From: Candidatus Woesebacteria bacterium
Lineage (GTDB): Bacteria; Patescibacteriota; Microgenomatia; UBA8517
DNA: 64,000 bases
Direction: 5' to 3'
NCBI GenBank assembly: GCA_963716475.1
Contig: OY970314.1
Span: 854,508-918,507, forward strand
The notes beneath the pieces were generated by a model, which was given only the letters and a program-made list of their open reading frames with translations, searched no databases and was not told where the DNA came from. Numbering within the stretch: position 1 is the stretch's first letter; each line of letters opens with the position of its first letter. This document shows positions 8,417-17,242 of the stretch, piece by piece. Both the position numbers and the translations under genes were made by a program.

Positions 8417-10153
8417 ATGCTATACAAATTTTCAATTTTCAGTTTTCAATTTTTCAATAAGTTTAAATTTTTATTGTTTGGAATTCTGATATTGTTTGGG
8501 ATTTGTTTTTTGAAGTATGGTTCCTTAACGAAAGCTCAGGAGTGCCCTGCAACCGATTATCAGTGCCAAATTGACGCTATTCAAAGAAGTATCGACGCCC
8601 TTTCCCCCGCCCAGCAAAAAAACAAGGAAGACCTGGCAGCTCTTAATAAGCAGCTTGCCGATTTAAATTCCAGAATTACAAAATTGACCTCGCAACTTAA
8701 AGTTCTTGAGAATCAAATAGTAGGAAGGGAAGAAGACTTGGCTTTTACAAAGGAAATTTTTGATGAGAAAGCTAAAGAACACTATACATTTTTGAGACTT
8801 TATGACCCGATTACCCCCTTTCTTTTTTCGGATACCGCGTCACAAGCCTTTCAGGAAATAACTCTCAGACAAAGAGCGGCTGATCAGGACAGAAAGACAA
8901 TGGAACAATACGCTGCCGATTTGTCAACGCTAAATTCTGACAAAGAAACCTTAACAAAAAATAAGACCAGTCTTTCCTCACTTCAGTCGCAGGTCGCCGA
9001 GAAGCAAAAGTTTTTGGCAGGTGAGGTTGCAAAAGTGGATACGTACCTCTCCAGTTTGTCATCTAAACAGCAGGAACTTCAGGCGTTGAAGGAGGGTGGT
9101 TTTTCGACGACCGTCGGAGACGTTCCGGCATCGGCTGAGCCTTGTTCCGGCAAACCCGGATCGTCAAATTTCTGTGATCCGGGATTTAGACCCGCATTTG
9201 CCGCTTTTTCCTACGGGGCGCCACATAGAAAAGGCATGAGTCAGTACGGTGCTTACGGGAGAGCCAAGTCGGGTCAGTCTGCTGAGGATATACTCCACGC
9301 CTACTATGGAGGGATAGAGATTAAGAAGGACTATGCGACCAATATAAATATCAAGGTCCAGGGTTATGGGACTGTTGATATCGAGACGTATGTAAAGCGT
9401 ATTTATGAGATGCCGGCAAGTTGGACTGACCACGATTCGGCTGCGCTTAAGGCTCAGGCGGTTGCCGCCAGAAGCTACGCCCTGGCCTACACGAATAATG
9501 GTGCGAATTCTATTTGTGCAACAGAAGCTTGTCAGGTATATAAACCGGTAAATAAAGGCGGTGCTTGGGATGCGGCGGTAGATGCCACGAAGGGATGGGT
9601 TTTGGTTTCGGGAGGAGCACCTTTTTCGGCATGGTATGCTTCCACAGCAGGGGGTTATACATTTAGCTATTCAGCTCAGGGCTACACTACTCCTAACTTT
9701 TGGGATACTCCGGGGGGACAGGGCGGTTGGCCCAATAGCGCCTACGAGATTGCCGGCGGTTCTCCGTGGTTTTATAAAGGCTGGTTTAAGAGTAGGTCCG
9801 GGGCTTCCTGTGGAAGATCAAACCCGTGGCTAACCTCAACCGAGATGGCGGACATTTTGAATGCCAGATATGTCCTTGATGGAAACGGAGACGTGAGTCG
9901 CATCTCGCCTGTGGGAGACTGCTGGGGGGGCAATCCCTATTCGGTATCTGATTTGCAGGGAATTGGCGGATATAGTTCGGTTTCGGGTGTATCTGTCGTA
10001 TATGGAAATGACGGGTCTACTTCAAGCGTTACTTTTTCGACAAATAAGGGTACTGTAAATCTTACCGGTTCTAAATTTAAGGAAGCCTTCAATCTTAGGG
10101 CTCCCGGATACATCGGACTGAAAAGTTCGTTATTCAATATAGAGAAGCTCTGA
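8417..10153 (+). CDS. SpoIID/LytB domain protein with N-terminal coiled coil
   Basis: HRKGMSQYGAYGRAKSGQSAEDILHAYY, EMPASW, ALKAQAVAARSYA, ICATEACQVY; start chosen from TATAAT at 8402. Confidence 0.85.
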   Translation: MLYKFSIFSFQFFNKFKFLLFGILILFGICFLKYGSLTKAQECPATDYQCQIDAIQRSIDALSPAQQKNKEDLAALNKQLADLNSRITKLTSQLKVLENQIVGREEDLAFTKEIFDEKAKEHYTFLRLYDPITPFLFSDTASQAFQEITLRQRAADQDRKTMEQYAADLSTLNSDKETLTKNKTSLSSLQSQVAEKQKFLAGEVAKVDTYLSSLSSKQQELQALKEGGFSTTVGDVPASAEPCSGKPGSSNFCDPGFRPAFAAFSYGAPHRKGMSQYGAYGRAKSGQSAEDILHAYYGGIEIKKDYATNINIKVQGYGTVDIETYVKRIYEMPASWTDHDSAALKAQAVAARSYALAYTNNGANSICATEACQVYKPVNKGGAWDAAVDATKGWVLVSGGAPFSAWYASTAGGYTFSYSAQGYTTPNFWDTPGGQGGWPNSAYEIAGGSPWFYKGWFKSRSGASCGRSNPWLTSTEMADILNARYVLDGNGDVSRISPVGDCWGGNPYSVSDLQGIGGYSSVSGVSVVYGNDGSTSSVTFSTNKGTVNLTGSKFKEAFNLRAPGYIGLKSSLFNIEKL

Positions 10154-10203
10154 CACTCCGTGATTTCCACACTTCGTGACAGGTAAGCTCTAATAGGCAA
10201 AAT

Positions 10204-10291
10204 GTTATAACAAAAACAGGATTTTTGATATATCGCACGGGTGCGTTATAACAAAAAGGATTTTTGATATATCGCACGGGTGCGTTATAAT
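10204..10291 (+). promoter_or_regulatory. Tandemly duplicated promoter (41/39-bp units) with internal palindrome
   Basis: GGATTTTTGATATATCGCACGGGTGCGTTATAA twice; TTGATA-N16-TATAAT; CGCAC-GG-GTGCG in the spacer; ATG at 10301. Confidence 0.8.
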
Positions 10292-10300
10292 CATCCTAGA

Positions 10301-10876
10301 ATGCCTGACATATTTATTTCCCCTGATGAGTCGGGAAAAGGAGTCCTCGGTAAAAGTTTCTCCGCATTTTCCCTTTATCCGAGCGGTGTCGATTTTGAAA
10401 CCAGAGAAGACAAAGAAAAGATAATTCTTATGCTCCGGCAGCACCCGATTGTTAATGTTAGATGGATTTCTATGACAATCTTGCTTTTGACCGGTCCGTC
10501 GGTTCTGGGCCTTTTGGGAGTTTTTTCACTTCTTCCTGTGGGTTTTTCCCTTGTTATTACATTGGCATGGTATTTATTTACAAGCGCGTACGCAATCGAA
10601 AATTTCTTAAGTTGGTACTTCAATGTTTATTTCATAACGACAGAGGGGATAATCGATGTCGATTTTTTTAACTTGCTTGATAAAAGAGTGTCGGAAGCGG
10701 AGCTTGGCAGAATTCAGGATGTAAGTTATTCAACAAACGGAGCGTTGGGAACGACGCTGAATTTTGGTGATGTCCGGATCCAGACGGCAGCGGAAATACC
10801 GGAATTTAAGTTTGAGCTGGTACCAAATCCGGAAAAGGTGGCAAAAATTTTGGATGATTTGATAGACAAACATTAA
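10301..10876 (+). CDS. Bacterial PH-domain membrane protein
   Basis: LRQHP, two TM helices, WYFNVYFITTEGIIDVD...RIQDVS...NFGDVRIQTA. Confidence 0.8.
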   Translation: MPDIFISPDESGKGVLGKSFSAFSLYPSGVDFETREDKEKIILMLRQHPIVNVRWISMTILLLTGPSVLGLLGVFSLLPVGFSLVITLAWYLFTSAYAIENFLSWYFNVYFITTEGIIDVDFFNLLDKRVSEAELGRIQDVSYSTNGALGTTLNFGDVRIQTAAEIPEFKFELVPNPEKVAKILDDLIDKH

Positions 10877-10877
10877 G

Positions 10878-11102
10878 GTGGAAAACATACTAACAAGTGG
10901 TTTTAATACTTGGATTTTGATAAAAGCACTTGCATTGGTGATTCTGGGGATGTATCTTATCTTTGCCTTTTTGATTACGCGGCAGGTAAAGCTTATGACG
11001 AGTACTTTGCGTTTGGGTTTTGATGCGCTTGCCAAGATTTTATCTTATCTCCATTTAGCTTTCGCAGTTTTAGTTTTTTTGGCTGCCTTGATAATTCTTT
11101 AG
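10878..11102 (+). CDS. Small membrane protein (DUF5657-like)
   Basis: YLIFAFLITRQVKLM motif, two TM helices. Confidence 0.7.
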   Translation: MENILTSGFNTWILIKALALVILGMYLIFAFLITRQVKLMTSTLRLGFDALAKILSYLHLAFAVLVFLAALIIL

Positions 11103-11105
11103 ATA

Positions 11106-13001
11106 ATGTTAGAAATAATTAGTGCAAAAGTGACGGCCGCTCCGGGAGCCTCTGGGTGGGCACAGGTCCATGAGTTTACTTCGGATGACCCCGAACGTAG
11201 GCGCGTAAGAGGAAAACTTATCGCCGTTATTGCTACCAATAAAGCGGAAGAAGGGATTGATACAATCACATCCGGCAGGGAGATAATTAGCCGACTTCAC
11301 GAGGAGTACTTCGGCCCAAATGAGGGGAATCCTTTTGATTTATTGAGAGATGCTACCCAAAAAGTGGCGGATGAATTTGGAGAAGGCAAGGGAGAAGTAG
11401 AAATTGCGGCCTGCGCATTTGTTGAGGGAGTAATCTATTCGACAGCTTCGGGCGGAGCTCGGGTAATGATCTCCCGTGATAGCGCACTCGCTACCATCTT
11501 GGTAAGTGAAGATCGCGTTATTACAGCCTCGGGTTATCCAAAAGAAGGAGATCTTATGCTTCTTGCAACCAAAGCTTTTTTCCAAATGGTTTCCGCCGGT
11601 GTAGTAAAAACTGCTCTTGCAACGGGAAGTCCGGAGGCAGCAGCGGAAACATTTAATCCAATAATTCACGGAGCGGCAGGAAGCGGAAATGTCGGCGCGG
11701 TGGTTATGAAATTTAATAAAGAAAATGAAGCATTCAATTCTCGGGAAGCTGTTCAGTCCGAAGATCAAAAAGAAAAATTACCGGCTTCTCCCAAAGACAA
11801 GCCGGTAAATATTATCAGGCAAAGAGCAAGGGCCTTGTTTAGTAAATTTAGAAGTAAAATCCCGGAAAGAAGCATATATATAAAGTCCGGTATGGGAGAT
11901 GAGGTTACATCGCAGAGCAAAAAAATGACTTTTTCCGCCGGGGTGATCCTCCTTGTGATTCTTGTTATAAGTATTGGATTTGGCATAAGGCAGAAAAGCA
12001 TTAATGATTTAAAGAAGAAATATCAGGGAATTCTTCAAATTGCCCAAAGTGATGTCGATCAGGCAATCGCACTTGCCAGTGTAAGTCCGGACAAGTCCAG
12101 AGAACTGTTTATTGACAGCGAACAAAAGTTGAAACAGATTCAGGATCTTAAGGTTACGGACACTAAAGTTAATGATTTGCAAAAAAAGATTGAAGAGAGC
12201 AAAGGGGCAATACTCGGGGAGTACGACGGCACACCAACCCTCTTTCTTGATTTAAGTCTGCTTTCATCCGGATTTACGGGGGATGCTATTTCGGCTTCCG
12301 GAGGGAATATCTACATTCTTGATAAATCGGGGAAAAGAGTTGTAAGTGTTGGGGTAGATACCAAAAAAAGTAAGGTTGTAGCGGGACCTTCTGTAATTGA
12401 CAATGCGGCAGACCTTGCTGCCTATCAGGATACGGCTTATATTCTGGCTACAGACGGAATTTACCAAGTGGGTTTAGCTAAAACCAAGGTGATAGATAAA
12501 ACTTGGGCCGGGGACGCCCTGATTTCCGCTTTTGCCGGGAATATGTATGTTCTTGATAAAACTGGGAACCAGGTTTACAGATATTCGGGCCAAACCGGGG
12601 GTACATTTGGCCCGCAACAAAAATGGCTTTCGGCGTCAACTACGGCGAATTTCTCCGGTGCGGTCGCCTGGGGATTGGATGGAGCAGTTTATGTTTTATA
12701 CCCAAATTCCAGAGTACTTAAATATAGCCTTGGCTCCCCCCAGAACTTTTCAATTTCCGGGGTGCTACCCGAAATCGGCAATATTGATGCAATTTACGCC
12801 GATCCGGATAATCAAGACATTTATCTTTTGGACAAAGCCGGGAAACGCGTTGTCGCCATAGATAAAAAAGGGAATTACAAAGCCCAATATACAGACGATC
12901 AAATAGCCGCTGCTAAAAGTCTGGTGGTTTCAGAAGCACAAAAAGAAATAATACTTCTTACCGGAGACAAACTCCTCTCGATCGAGATCCGACACCTTTG
13001 A
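11106..13001 (+). CDS. Hypothetical protein: PP2C-like N-terminal domain, TM helix, coiled coil, beta-propeller
   Basis: 631 aa; repeated IYILDK/MYVLDK/VYVL/IYLLDK blades. Confidence 0.7.
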   Translation: MLEIISAKVTAAPGASGWAQVHEFTSDDPERRRVRGKLIAVIATNKAEEGIDTITSGREIISRLHEEYFGPNEGNPFDLLRDATQKVADEFGEGKGEVEIAACAFVEGVIYSTASGGARVMISRDSALATILVSEDRVITASGYPKEGDLMLLATKAFFQMVSAGVVKTALATGSPEAAAETFNPIIHGAAGSGNVGAVVMKFNKENEAFNSREAVQSEDQKEKLPASPKDKPVNIIRQRARALFSKFRSKIPERSIYIKSGMGDEVTSQSKKMTFSAGVILLVILVISIGFGIRQKSINDLKKKYQGILQIAQSDVDQAIALASVSPDKSRELFIDSEQKLKQIQDLKVTDTKVNDLQKKIEESKGAILGEYDGTPTLFLDLSLLSSGFTGDAISASGGNIYILDKSGKRVVSVGVDTKKSKVVAGPSVIDNAADLAAYQDTAYILATDGIYQVGLAKTKVIDKTWAGDALISAFAGNMYVLDKTGNQVYRYSGQTGGTFGPQQKWLSASTTANFSGAVAWGLDGAVYVLYPNSRVLKYSLGSPQNFSISGVLPEIGNIDAIYADPDNQDIYLLDKAGKRVVAIDKKGNYKAQYTDDQIAAAKSLVVSEAQKEIILLTGDKLLSIEIRHL

Positions 13002-13018
13002 TGTTAGAATAGGGTAAG

Positions 13019-13453
13019 ATGAAAATCTTTAACAAGAAAGCCAGATTTGAATACGAGCTATCGGGGGAAGGAGTTGAGGCCGGTGTCTCCCTTTTGGGAG
13101 CTGAGGCTAAGTCCGTACGTGAGGGAAGAGCAGACATTTCCCAGGCTGCAGTCAGAGTATTAGGTAATGAGGCTTATTTAATCAATGCCAATATCCCCGC
13201 CTTAGGTATCCAAAAATACAATTCGACTAGGATGAGAAAGCTCCTAATGCATAGGGGGGAAATTCTTTCACTGGTAACAAAAATGAAGCAAAAAAAGTTG
13301 CAAATCGTGCCTGTTCGGGTGTACAATAAGGGTCGCTTAATTAAACTCTATCTTGAGCTTGGAAAGGCCAAGCGTAAGTTTGAAAAGAAAGAGGCTCTTA
13401 AGCGCCACGACATAAACCGAGACATAGAAAAGGCAATGAAAGGTTCGATTTAA
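13019..13453 (+). CDS. smpB: SsrA-binding protein
   Basis: NKKARFEY, EAGVSLLGAEAKSVR, RKLLMHR, GKAKRKFEKKEALK; precedes tmRNA. Confidence 0.97.
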   Translation: MKIFNKKARFEYELSGEGVEAGVSLLGAEAKSVREGRADISQAAVRVLGNEAYLINANIPALGIQKYNSTRMRKLLMHRGEILSLVTKMKQKKLQIVPVRVYNKGRLIKLYLELGKAKRKFEKKEALKRHDINRDIEKAMKGSI

Positions 13454-13456
13454 GTC

Positions 13457-13822
13457 GGGGACGATCGGTTTCGACGGAAAGCTCTTTACAATACTGCAGG
13501 CAGACTTTGATCCTACGTCTTAATATTAGGGTTAAAAAATAAAAGCTAGGAATTTATTCCAAGCTCAACCTAGGTACGCGCAAGCGTTTGCCTAAGTTGC
13601 ATCCTGAGACCTGATTCTCGATCGGATCAACTGGGTGTAAACCATTCGAGATGCTACCTAGACTTTAATGATTTAAAGGTTTAGGTAAAAGACAAATAAA
13701 TCTTACCTTGAAATTTCTTGTTGGCTAGATAAGTTCAGGGAAAATTCAAAAACCAAATAAGCTTGTAGAAGTGTTGTTTGAAGTATTTTCGGACGCGGGT
13801 TCGATTCCCGCCGTCTCCACCA
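13457..13822 (+). ncRNA. ssrA: tmRNA, predicted tag ARNLFQAQPRYAQAFA (13545-13595)
   Basis: 5' GGGGACGATCGGTTTCGAC; 3' GACGCGGGTTCGATTCCCGCCGTCTCCACCA; tag ORF after ATAAAA ends in AFA-stop. Confidence 0.95.
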
Positions 13823-13849
13823 AACCCACTAGAAATTAGTGGGTTTTTT
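13822..13849 (+). terminator. Intrinsic terminator after ssrA
   Basis: CCCACTA-GAAAT-TAGTGGG-TTTTTT. Confidence 0.85.
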
Positions 13850-13865
13850 GGTGTCATAATAATTT

Positions 13866-14540
13866 ATGGGATTACTTGATCTTGTTTTCCCTAAAACCTG
13901 TCTTGGCTGCGGGCGTGGTGGTGCTTATATCTGTCCGGATTGTCTTGCCGGGGTAAGACCGGCACAGCCGATTTGTCCATACTGTGAAAGGGCATCAATC
14001 GACGGGGTGACCCATATAAAATGTCAAAAAAAGCTTGGCCTGGATGGCCTTATCTCAATTTGGGAGTATGAGGGAGTAATCAGGAAAGCTATTTTGGCAT
14101 TGAAGTATAAATATGTCACCCTGATCGGACAGGAACTATCCGGCTGTTTTTTATCAGAAATTCAATCCCAAAACACCAGATACTACATCCCAAATACCGG
14201 CGTCATGGTTCCTATTCCTATTTATTGGCATCGTCAGAATGTCAGAGGTTTCAATCAGTCAATTGAGGTGGGAAAATCTGTTGCCGGGGAAATGGGTTGG
14301 GAATTTCTGCCGGATTTACTTATCAAGAAACAGCCGACGGTGTCTCAGGCTGAACTAAAGGGGGACGAAAGACGCCAAAACCTCAAGGGTGTTTTTGCTC
14401 TGGGTTCCAAATTACCGCTACCTGATTCCGTAATTCTTTTTGATGATGTTTTTACAACAGGTTCTACCCTCAGAGAGGCTGCAAAAGTCCTAAAAAGAGT
14501 CGGGGTGGGGAAAGTCTGGGGGCTAACCATCGCAAGGTAG
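13866..14540 (+). CDS. comF: ComF family protein
   Basis: LDLVFPKTCLGC, RGFNQS, DDVFTTGSTLREAAKVLK. Confidence 0.92.
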   Translation: MGLLDLVFPKTCLGCGRGGAYICPDCLAGVRPAQPICPYCERASIDGVTHIKCQKKLGLDGLISIWEYEGVIRKAILALKYKYVTLIGQELSGCFLSEIQSQNTRYYIPNTGVMVPIPIYWHRQNVRGFNQSIEVGKSVAGEMGWEFLPDLLIKKQPTVSQAELKGDERRQNLKGVFALGSKLPLPDSVILFDDVFTTGSTLREAAKVLKRVGVGKVWGLTIAR

Positions 14541-14543
14541 CCT

Positions 14544-14567
14544 GCGGTGGGTACAGGGGTCGAACCC
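14544..14567 (-). pseudogene. Orphan tRNA-Ser-like 3' fragment (att-like scar)
   Basis: Minus strand GGGTTCGACCCCTGTACCCACCGC; 19/24 identical to the 3' end of tRNA-Ser(CGA), 17/24 to tRNA-Ser(TGA). Confidence 0.6.
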
Positions 14568-14571
14568 TTTA

Positions 14572-14937
14572 TTAAACCCGATCTAGCACATTTTTTAATT
14601 GATTTTTGTCGAACGGTCTTACAGATCTTCGACCAGCAAAGCAGGTTTTGAACAAAAATTCTTTACCATTTGAACTTAAGACGTACAACCAATCGTATGC
14701 ATTTTCTTTTGATTTATTAACAACATATCCTTTAGAATTTGAATGGACTCTTCTAAGATCAACATCTTTCGTACTGGCGTATCTAACCTGTACTCTTTTA
14801 ATTTCTTTCGAAGTGTCAATTATGAGGTCATACGAAGCAGACTCTGTTAGCGGGATTGATACGTCGAAGCCAAGTTTCGTGAAGGATGCAACAGCCTGGG
14901 ATACAGCAATGTCACCCTTTCTTTGCGTGAGTCTCAT
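14572..14937 (-). CDS. Group I intron-associated-type PD-(D/E)XK endonuclease
   Basis: KGDIAV..GFDVSIPL...YDLIID...RVQVR pattern of the PDDEXK_5 family; own promoter TTGACA-N18-TAAAAT, leaderless. Confidence 0.8.
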   Translation of the reverse strand: MRLTQRKGDIAVSQAVASFTKLGFDVSIPLTESASYDLIIDTSKEIKRVQVRYASTKDVDLRRVHSNSKGYVVNKSKENAYDWLYVLSSNGKEFLFKTCFAGRRSVRPFDKNQLKNVLDRV

Positions 14938-14979
14938 AATTAATTTTACCGGTATGGGTGACCTGCTGTCAATTTTTTG

Positions 14980-15067
14980 CGGTGAGGGTGGGATTCGAAC
15001 CCACGGTAAGGAAGATCCCTACATTAGTTTTCAAGACTAACGCCATCGTCCACTCGGCCACCTCACC
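14980..15067 (-). tRNA. tRNA-Ser(TGA)
   Basis: GGTGAGG/CCTCACC acceptor stem, TTAGT-CT-TGA-AA-ACTAA, long variable arm. Confidence 0.93.
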
Positions 15068-15071
15068 TGGG

Positions 15072-15156
15072 CGGAGGATGAGGGAGTCGAACCCACCGGC
15101 CACTTACGTGACCAAGGTTTAGCAAACCTTCGCCTTAGCCGCTCGGCATATCCTCC
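15072..15156 (-). tRNA. tRNA-Ser(GCT)
   Basis: GGAGGAT/ATCCTCC, AAGGT-TT-GCT-AA-ACCTT, long variable arm. Confidence 0.93.
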
Positions 15157-15203
15157 AAAAGGCAGTGCAATTATAACAGATTTTGAGGTATACTATGCGT
15201 GTC

Positions 15204-15761
15204 ATGGATACTGCCAAAGGTCAAAAAACAGAGACAGAAAGCACTTTAAATGATGAACCGCAAGCCGTCGTTGTCAGGCGTGAGCCGGAACGGGATTTAG
15301 TTACCTGGATTGCTCCCGGAAGGCCTTTTAGAAGACGCGACAGGCAGTTTTATGTTACGACCTTTGCCATAGCCGGAATTGTCAGTCTGATTCTTTTTCT
15401 GGCCGAGGGGATAATGCCCGTTATTTTGATTATTTCTCTGGTATTTTTATACTACGTTCTTTCGACCGTTCAGCCGGATAATGTTGAATACAAAATAACC
15501 ACGAAAGGGATTAAAATCGCAGGCAAACTTACGGAGTGGCAATATCTGAACCGCTACTGGTTTTCGAAAAGGTTTGAGAGTGAGCTTATGATCGTTGATA
15601 CGGTTTTGCTTCCCGGCAGGATTGAATTTGTAATAAACCCGGAAGTTAAAGTGGAACTTAAAAAAGAGGTTTCTGCCTACATTCCGTATGAGGAGGTTCC
15701 TCCAGCCGCCCTGGATAAAATTACGAACTGGTTTGCAGCCAAGTTGCCGGGGAATAAATAA
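15204..15761 (+). CDS. Hypothetical membrane protein (PH-like, CPR-conserved)
   Basis: Two TM helices then YKITTKGIKI; TATACT 9 nt upstream. Confidence 0.75.
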   Translation: MDTAKGQKTETESTLNDEPQAVVVRREPERDLVTWIAPGRPFRRRDRQFYVTTFAIAGIVSLILFLAEGIMPVILIISLVFLYYVLSTVQPDNVEYKITTKGIKIAGKLTEWQYLNRYWFSKRFESELMIVDTVLLPGRIEFVINPEVKVELKKEVSAYIPYEEVPPAALDKITNWFAAKLPGNK

Positions 15762-15833
15762 GCCCTCGTAGCTCAACGGATCGAGCACTGGTTTGCGGAA
15801 CCAATGATATCAGTTCAATTCTGATCGAGGGCA
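15762..15833 (+). tRNA. tRNA-Arg(GCG)
   Basis: GCCCTCG/CGAGGGC, TGGT-TT-GCG-GA-ACCA. Confidence 0.88.
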
Positions 15834-15863
15834 CTTGCGTAATATCTGGAGGTCTCGCAATTT

Positions 15864-15948
15864 GGAGGGTTCGCATAGCGGCCAATTGCACGAGTTTCGA
15901 AAACTCGAGGGAGTAATCCCTACACAGGTTCAAATCCTGTACCCTCCG
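15864..15948 (+). tRNA. tRNA-Ser(CGA)
   Basis: GGAGGGT/ACCCTCC, CGAGT-TT-CGA-AA-ACTCG, long variable arm. Confidence 0.93.
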
Positions 15949-16070
15949 CTCGTCGTAACTAAACATTGCTAACCGTTTCTCAAAACTAAAAGTTTTAGAA
16001 ACTAGCGCAAGTTTGTTACTCCTCTCGAAATTGCGGTGCAATTTCGTTTGGGAGCATAGACACAATAATC

Positions 16071-16523
16071 ATGAACAACAAGAATAATCAGCAAATAACA
16101 GTAGGGGGAGCGATAGTTTTTAGGGATAATCGTGGAAAACGTCAGTTTTTGCTTGTAAAAACAAAGGATGAAGGAGACTGGGAAATCCCCAAGGTTATCG
16201 TAAGAAAAGGCGAGTCATCTGTGCGTTCCGTAATCAGACTAACCGGGGAACAGGGAGGAATGACGGCCAGGGTGCTTGAGGAAGCTGGAAGAGCAACCGG
16301 AACGACTATTCTAAACGGTAAGTCCATTCCCCAGAAGTATTATTACTATATTATGCTTCAAAGAGGAGGGCCGAGCGAGCTTATCGGGTTCGCGGAATTT
16401 AAATGGCTGGAGTACGCGGAAGCGGTGAAAAGGGTAATCCTTAAAAGAGAGAAAGACATGTTTAAATTGGCGCGTGAGGTTTTAAAACAGTGGGAAAAAA
16501 CGCACAAAATCAAACTATATTAA
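16071..16523 (+). CDS. NUDIX-fold protein (degenerate Nudix box)
   Basis: GGAIVFR, WEIPKVIVRKGESSVRSVIRLTGEQGG. Confidence 0.75.
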   Translation: MNNKNNQQITVGGAIVFRDNRGKRQFLLVKTKDEGDWEIPKVIVRKGESSVRSVIRLTGEQGGMTARVLEEAGRATGTTILNGKSIPQKYYYYIMLQRGGPSELIGFAEFKWLEYAEAVKRVILKREKDMFKLAREVLKQWEKTHKIKLY

Positions 16524-17011
16524 ACCGTGAGTTTTCTTCGGGTGGGGCCGTCTTCAGGGGTGATGAATGGTTGATAACAAGATCGTCTGCAAGCAAACTC
16601 TATCCTAAAGCAATTTGGAGACTTCCGAAAGGTTGGATCGATAATGTTACACCTGAAATTCCCGGACCAATGGCAAGCGGAAAGCTGAGGGCTGATGAAG
16701 AGTCGCTGCAAAAAGGTGCCCTGCGGGAAGTGAGAGAAGAAGGAGGAATTGAAGCTAAGATTGTTAAAAAGATCGGAACAGCGAAGTATTTTTTTAACGC
16801 GCCCGATAAAGGTAGAATCTTAAAGTTTGTTACATTTTATTTAATGGAATATGTAGGTGATTTACCGGAGGGTTATGATGAAGAAACATCCGAGATCGCC
16901 TGGTTGCCATTTGAAGAAGCCTATAAAAAACTTTCTTTCTCGGGTGAAAAGCAAATACTCAAAAAAGCGAAAGAACTTCTGGCCCCCGTAGCTCAACGGA
17001 TAAGCAAATAG
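16490..17011 (+). CDS. NUDIX hydrolase
   Basis: REFSSGGAV, WRLPKG, ESLQKGALREVREEGGI; start uncertain. Confidence 0.85.
   Translation: MGKNAQNQTILNREFSSGGAVFRGDEWLITRSSASKLYPKAIWRLPKGWIDNVTPEIPGPMASGKLRADEESLQKGALREVREEGGIEAKIVKKIGTAKYFFNAPDKGRILKFVTFYLMEYVGDLPEGYDEETSEIAWLPFEEAYKKLSFSGEKQILKKAKELLAPVAQRISK
16982..17002 (+). repeat. Exact 21-bp duplicate of the tRNA-Arg(CCG) 5' end
   Basis: GCCCCCGTAGCTCAACGGATA also at 17048-17068. Confidence 0.9.
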
Positions 17012-17047
17012 CTTGTCGGTTGTTCTACAGGTGCTCATTAGAAATTC

Positions 17048-17119
17048 GCCCCCGTAGCTCAACGGATAGAGTAGGAGTTTCCGGAACTTCTGATAGGTGT
17101 TCAATTCACCTCGGGGGCA
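17048..17119 (+). tRNA. tRNA-Arg(CCG)
   Basis: GCCCCCG/CGGGGGC, GGAGT-TT-CCG-GA-ACTTC. Confidence 0.92.
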
Positions 17120-17150
17120 CACTCGGTACAGAATCAGTTATAATACAATT

Positions 17151-17164
17151 TCTGGAGGAGTCAC
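17151..17164 (+). repeat. 14-bp duplicate of the tRNA-Ser(GGA) leader and 5' end
   Basis: TCTGGAGGAGTCAC also at 17240-17253. Confidence 0.8.
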
Positions 17165-17242
17165 ATAAGTAAACTTCGCCCAATGGCGTAAGTCTACTCT
17201 TTGCTTTGCAAAGAGATCTTGGGTGACTTTTCTTTAAAATCT

